Below, piece by piece: positions 34,155 to 36,683 of a stretch of 36,683 bases of DNA. The stretch lies in the NCBI RefSeq assembly GCF_004010195.1, contig NC_057719.1, forward strand, positions 94,269,178-94,305,860, given 5' to 3'. Source of the stretch: Chiloscyllium plagiosum. Its lineage: Eukaryota. The notes below the pieces were generated by a model, which saw only the letters and a program-made list of their open reading frames with translations, was not told the DNA's origin and made no database searches. Position numbers and translations under genes: made by a program. How positions within the stretch are numbered: position 1 is the first letter of the stretch; each line of letters opens with the position of its first letter.

Positions 34155-35879
34155 ATCATAAACTGAAAGGCTAGGTAACGGCTGGAAGGCAATAAAGCTA
34201 ACTGTTGACATAAATGATCAGAATAAGTCAGAAGTCTGGCCAATTTATAATTGTTTTTAGGTATTTGTTACCTTCAAAACAGATTCACCAGAGAAGTAAT
34301 AAACATCTAGCTTATTTAATCCAGTTACATTTTCAGCTGCAACCATCTCCATTACAGCTGGTATCTAAAGTGTCCTTAAACCATCTCTCAGCAGAGCATT
34401 TTTATTAGGCTAAACACTATCTGCTAATCCACTCTACCACTACAAAGTGCTCTGACTTTAGTTAGTTACTTATTTTTGCCAGAAGAAGGATGCAAATTTG
34501 CCATGAGTAAGGTTTTGCCAGGTGTAAAATGGCAGCCTTTGAATTCTCACAGCTGCAAAAACAAACTGTATTTTGAGATAAGCCATGTTCAGGAGCTGGA
34601 ATTATCAGTAGGATACATTGGTTCTGTAACCTTGCCATGAACTCCAGTCTAGATCACCGAGAATGAGCAGGTTTGTAAAGAGCAAATTTTCTGAAAGAGT
34701 TTCAAAGATAAATTGACATGCTTAGTTCAATGATGTATTCAGTGTATATTGATAAATATAATTATTTGATAGCTTATTTATATGGCAATATTAAAGGTTT
34801 TATTATTTGATATTTATAGACAATAACTCAACCAATATGTGCAGTTGGAATATTTTTAGTAATTTGCTTGAATTTGTGCTACTCATTGAAATGCTGTGAG
34901 TTGTAGTTTTTGCAAATAAAATAAACACTCAGGTTATTGGTTTTGCTGGCTGGTGTCAGCTATTCCTGCCTATCTAGTAAGTAGAACTTCTTAAAAATTC
35001 ACTTTTGGTCAAATAAGTACTTGAAATATTTCCACTTTCCCTTCATGAATGTATAATTAAATTGAGGAATGATGCTTTAAAAGTGTGAAGGTATTAAAAT
35101 ATCATCCCTAGAAGAGGTTGTAACCCTATGGATGGTGCCCATGCATGAATCGCATTGCCTCCCTGTACCAGCTACTTATGAATCATCTGGGAAGTCCTCT
35201 CGGTAGTTTCCCATCTGCACCAGGGGAATTTACTGTTTGGAAGGAGGAAACTTCGACTGTAATTCTTAGGCAATTTAGCAATAGAGCACAATTGGCTGTT
35301 TCCTTGGAGCTTTATTGCAAAGAATAAATGAATTGTCTTGTAATTAAATACCTTGCTAGACTATAAAAAATATCTAGCAAAAAAAACCCAAAGAATTGGC
35401 AATTGGCCATGAGGAAAGAGCAGATGGTGCTCTGATTTTTTTTCCTGCCTTGCCTGGAAACTAATGTATCTCCAGTAAAAATCCACCTGCAATGTTTGGA
35501 GGGTCAGGTCATTTCAGCCACAATGGTATGAGTGTACTCCAAATGAAAGTCTTGCAATCATATGGATTTTTCTTTGAGTTGTTGTCATTGTTAAGAGGTA
35601 ATTTCTGTGAGAATGGAGTTACGATGAAACTGAACATGGACACAAATCAGACAGAATCGCATTTGCTAGTGTTTATATGACAGGCCCAACTGATATTCAG
35701 TTCTGTTCAAGTCAATCAGATGGCGAATAGAGTAGACAACTAATGTAATACCCATCTATGTTATATTTGAGACTATTTGTTCCTCTCGTTAAGTTCATGT
35801 TAATGTGTTCTACAATTGCATATTGTGATCAAGCAGCTATCTGAATGCTACATTTGTGAAAATATTAAAAAGATATTTT

Positions 35880-36683
35880 GGGGGGATCCAAGATGGCGGC
35901 GACCCAGTAAGACTGAGTCTATAGTGCTCCTCCCAAGACTTGGGCACAGTGGGTCACCTACCCCCTACCAAGCTCACCAAATCATTTATAAATCATTTAT
36001 AATAGTTTAGTAACTCAATTAGTTGTGTAATATTACATTTAAACAACTTAATCCTAAGTTAAAATGACTAAAGGGAAGGGAGCCCGCAGCTCTCAGCAAG
36101 CAGGAACCCCTCCCCCACACTCTCCAGCTGCAGCAGAGGCGTACACAGCCGCCCCGGAGGGACTTACCTACAGTAGCAAGTCTTGCAGAAATGCTTTCCA
36201 AACGTGACTCGAAGATCGATGCTTTTATTGTCGAATCCAGAAACCGTTGGGAGTCGCTCTCGGCCGCGCTGCAGAAGCACGACCGAGAGATTGAAGAAAT
36301 TCAATATCGAGTCGGAGGGGCGGAGCTAAAGGCCGCGACCTCCGAGACAACCGCTCAATCGGCCGTGGAACAGGTCCGGACTCTCGAGCAGCGAGTCCGG
36401 ACCTTGGAAAATCATATTGACGACCTCGATAATCGAGGTCGCCGAAAAAATATTCGTTTGCTGGGCCTTCCCAAACGGGAAGAGGAAGGCCAGCTTACAG
36501 CATTCCTGGAGCAGTGGCTGCCACAACTTTTAAATCTGCAAGCTGGACCAGGCCAGGTAAGGGTGGAATGGGCCTACCGAGTAGCAATACGCAGGCCTGG
36601 CTCAAACCAGCGCCCACGCCCGGTCCTGTTCCGGCTGCAGAGCTACAGGGAGAGGCAGAAACTCCTAGAAGCCTCTAGAAATC
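35880..36683 (+). mobile_element. Second copy of the L1-ORF1 element (5' UTR plus ORF1), cut by the window edge
   Basis: Same GGGGGGATCCAAGATGGCGGCGACCCAG start; collinear with the reverse complement of ~8860-9648. Confidence 0.93.
36064..36683 (+). pseudogene. L1 ORF1p with a +1 frameshift near 36157; downstream frame open to the window end
   Basis: MTKGKGARSSQQAGTPPPHSPAAAEAYTAAP, frameshift, then DLPTVASLAEMLSK...DDLDNRGRRKNIRLLGLP. Confidence 0.88.

Noticed and set aside
34200..35870. Further exons in the AT-rich unique region
   Set aside because: Several AG/GT pairs exist, but none gave a convincing open, phase-compatible exon with strong splice sites.
8082..36683. Composite transposon bounded by the two inverted L1-ORF1 copies
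   Set aside because: Copy 1 has its own TSD and A-tail, and the two copies are diverged with different lesions, so they are independent insertions.

Overview
Eukaryotic, repeat-dominated DNA. The repeat set (CR1 LINEs, HE1-type tRNA SINEs, Penelope-like elements) points to a cartilaginous fish, probably a shark; this is inferred from repeat families only. No intact host gene can be proven. Most of the window is decayed, often nested retroelements: about 8 CR1 copies or fragments, a degenerate Gypsy-type LTR element, a second LINE family, three Penelope-like (PLE) pieces, many short palindromic PLE-type elements, tRNA SINEs, a 44-bp minisatellite and a degenerate telomere-like patch. Highlights: (1) a complete, TSD-flanked, polyadenylated 1.57-kb L1 derivative encoding ORF1p only (half-L1/HAL1 architecture), with a second diverged copy at the window end; (2) minimal hammerhead-ribozyme cores in two distinct families of inverted-repeat elements flanked by 12-15 bp TSDs; (3) a PLE inserted into a telomere-like repeat; (4) phase-compatible candidate exons of an unidentified minus-strand gene. 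All comparisons were made by eye, and boundaries of old repeats are approximate.
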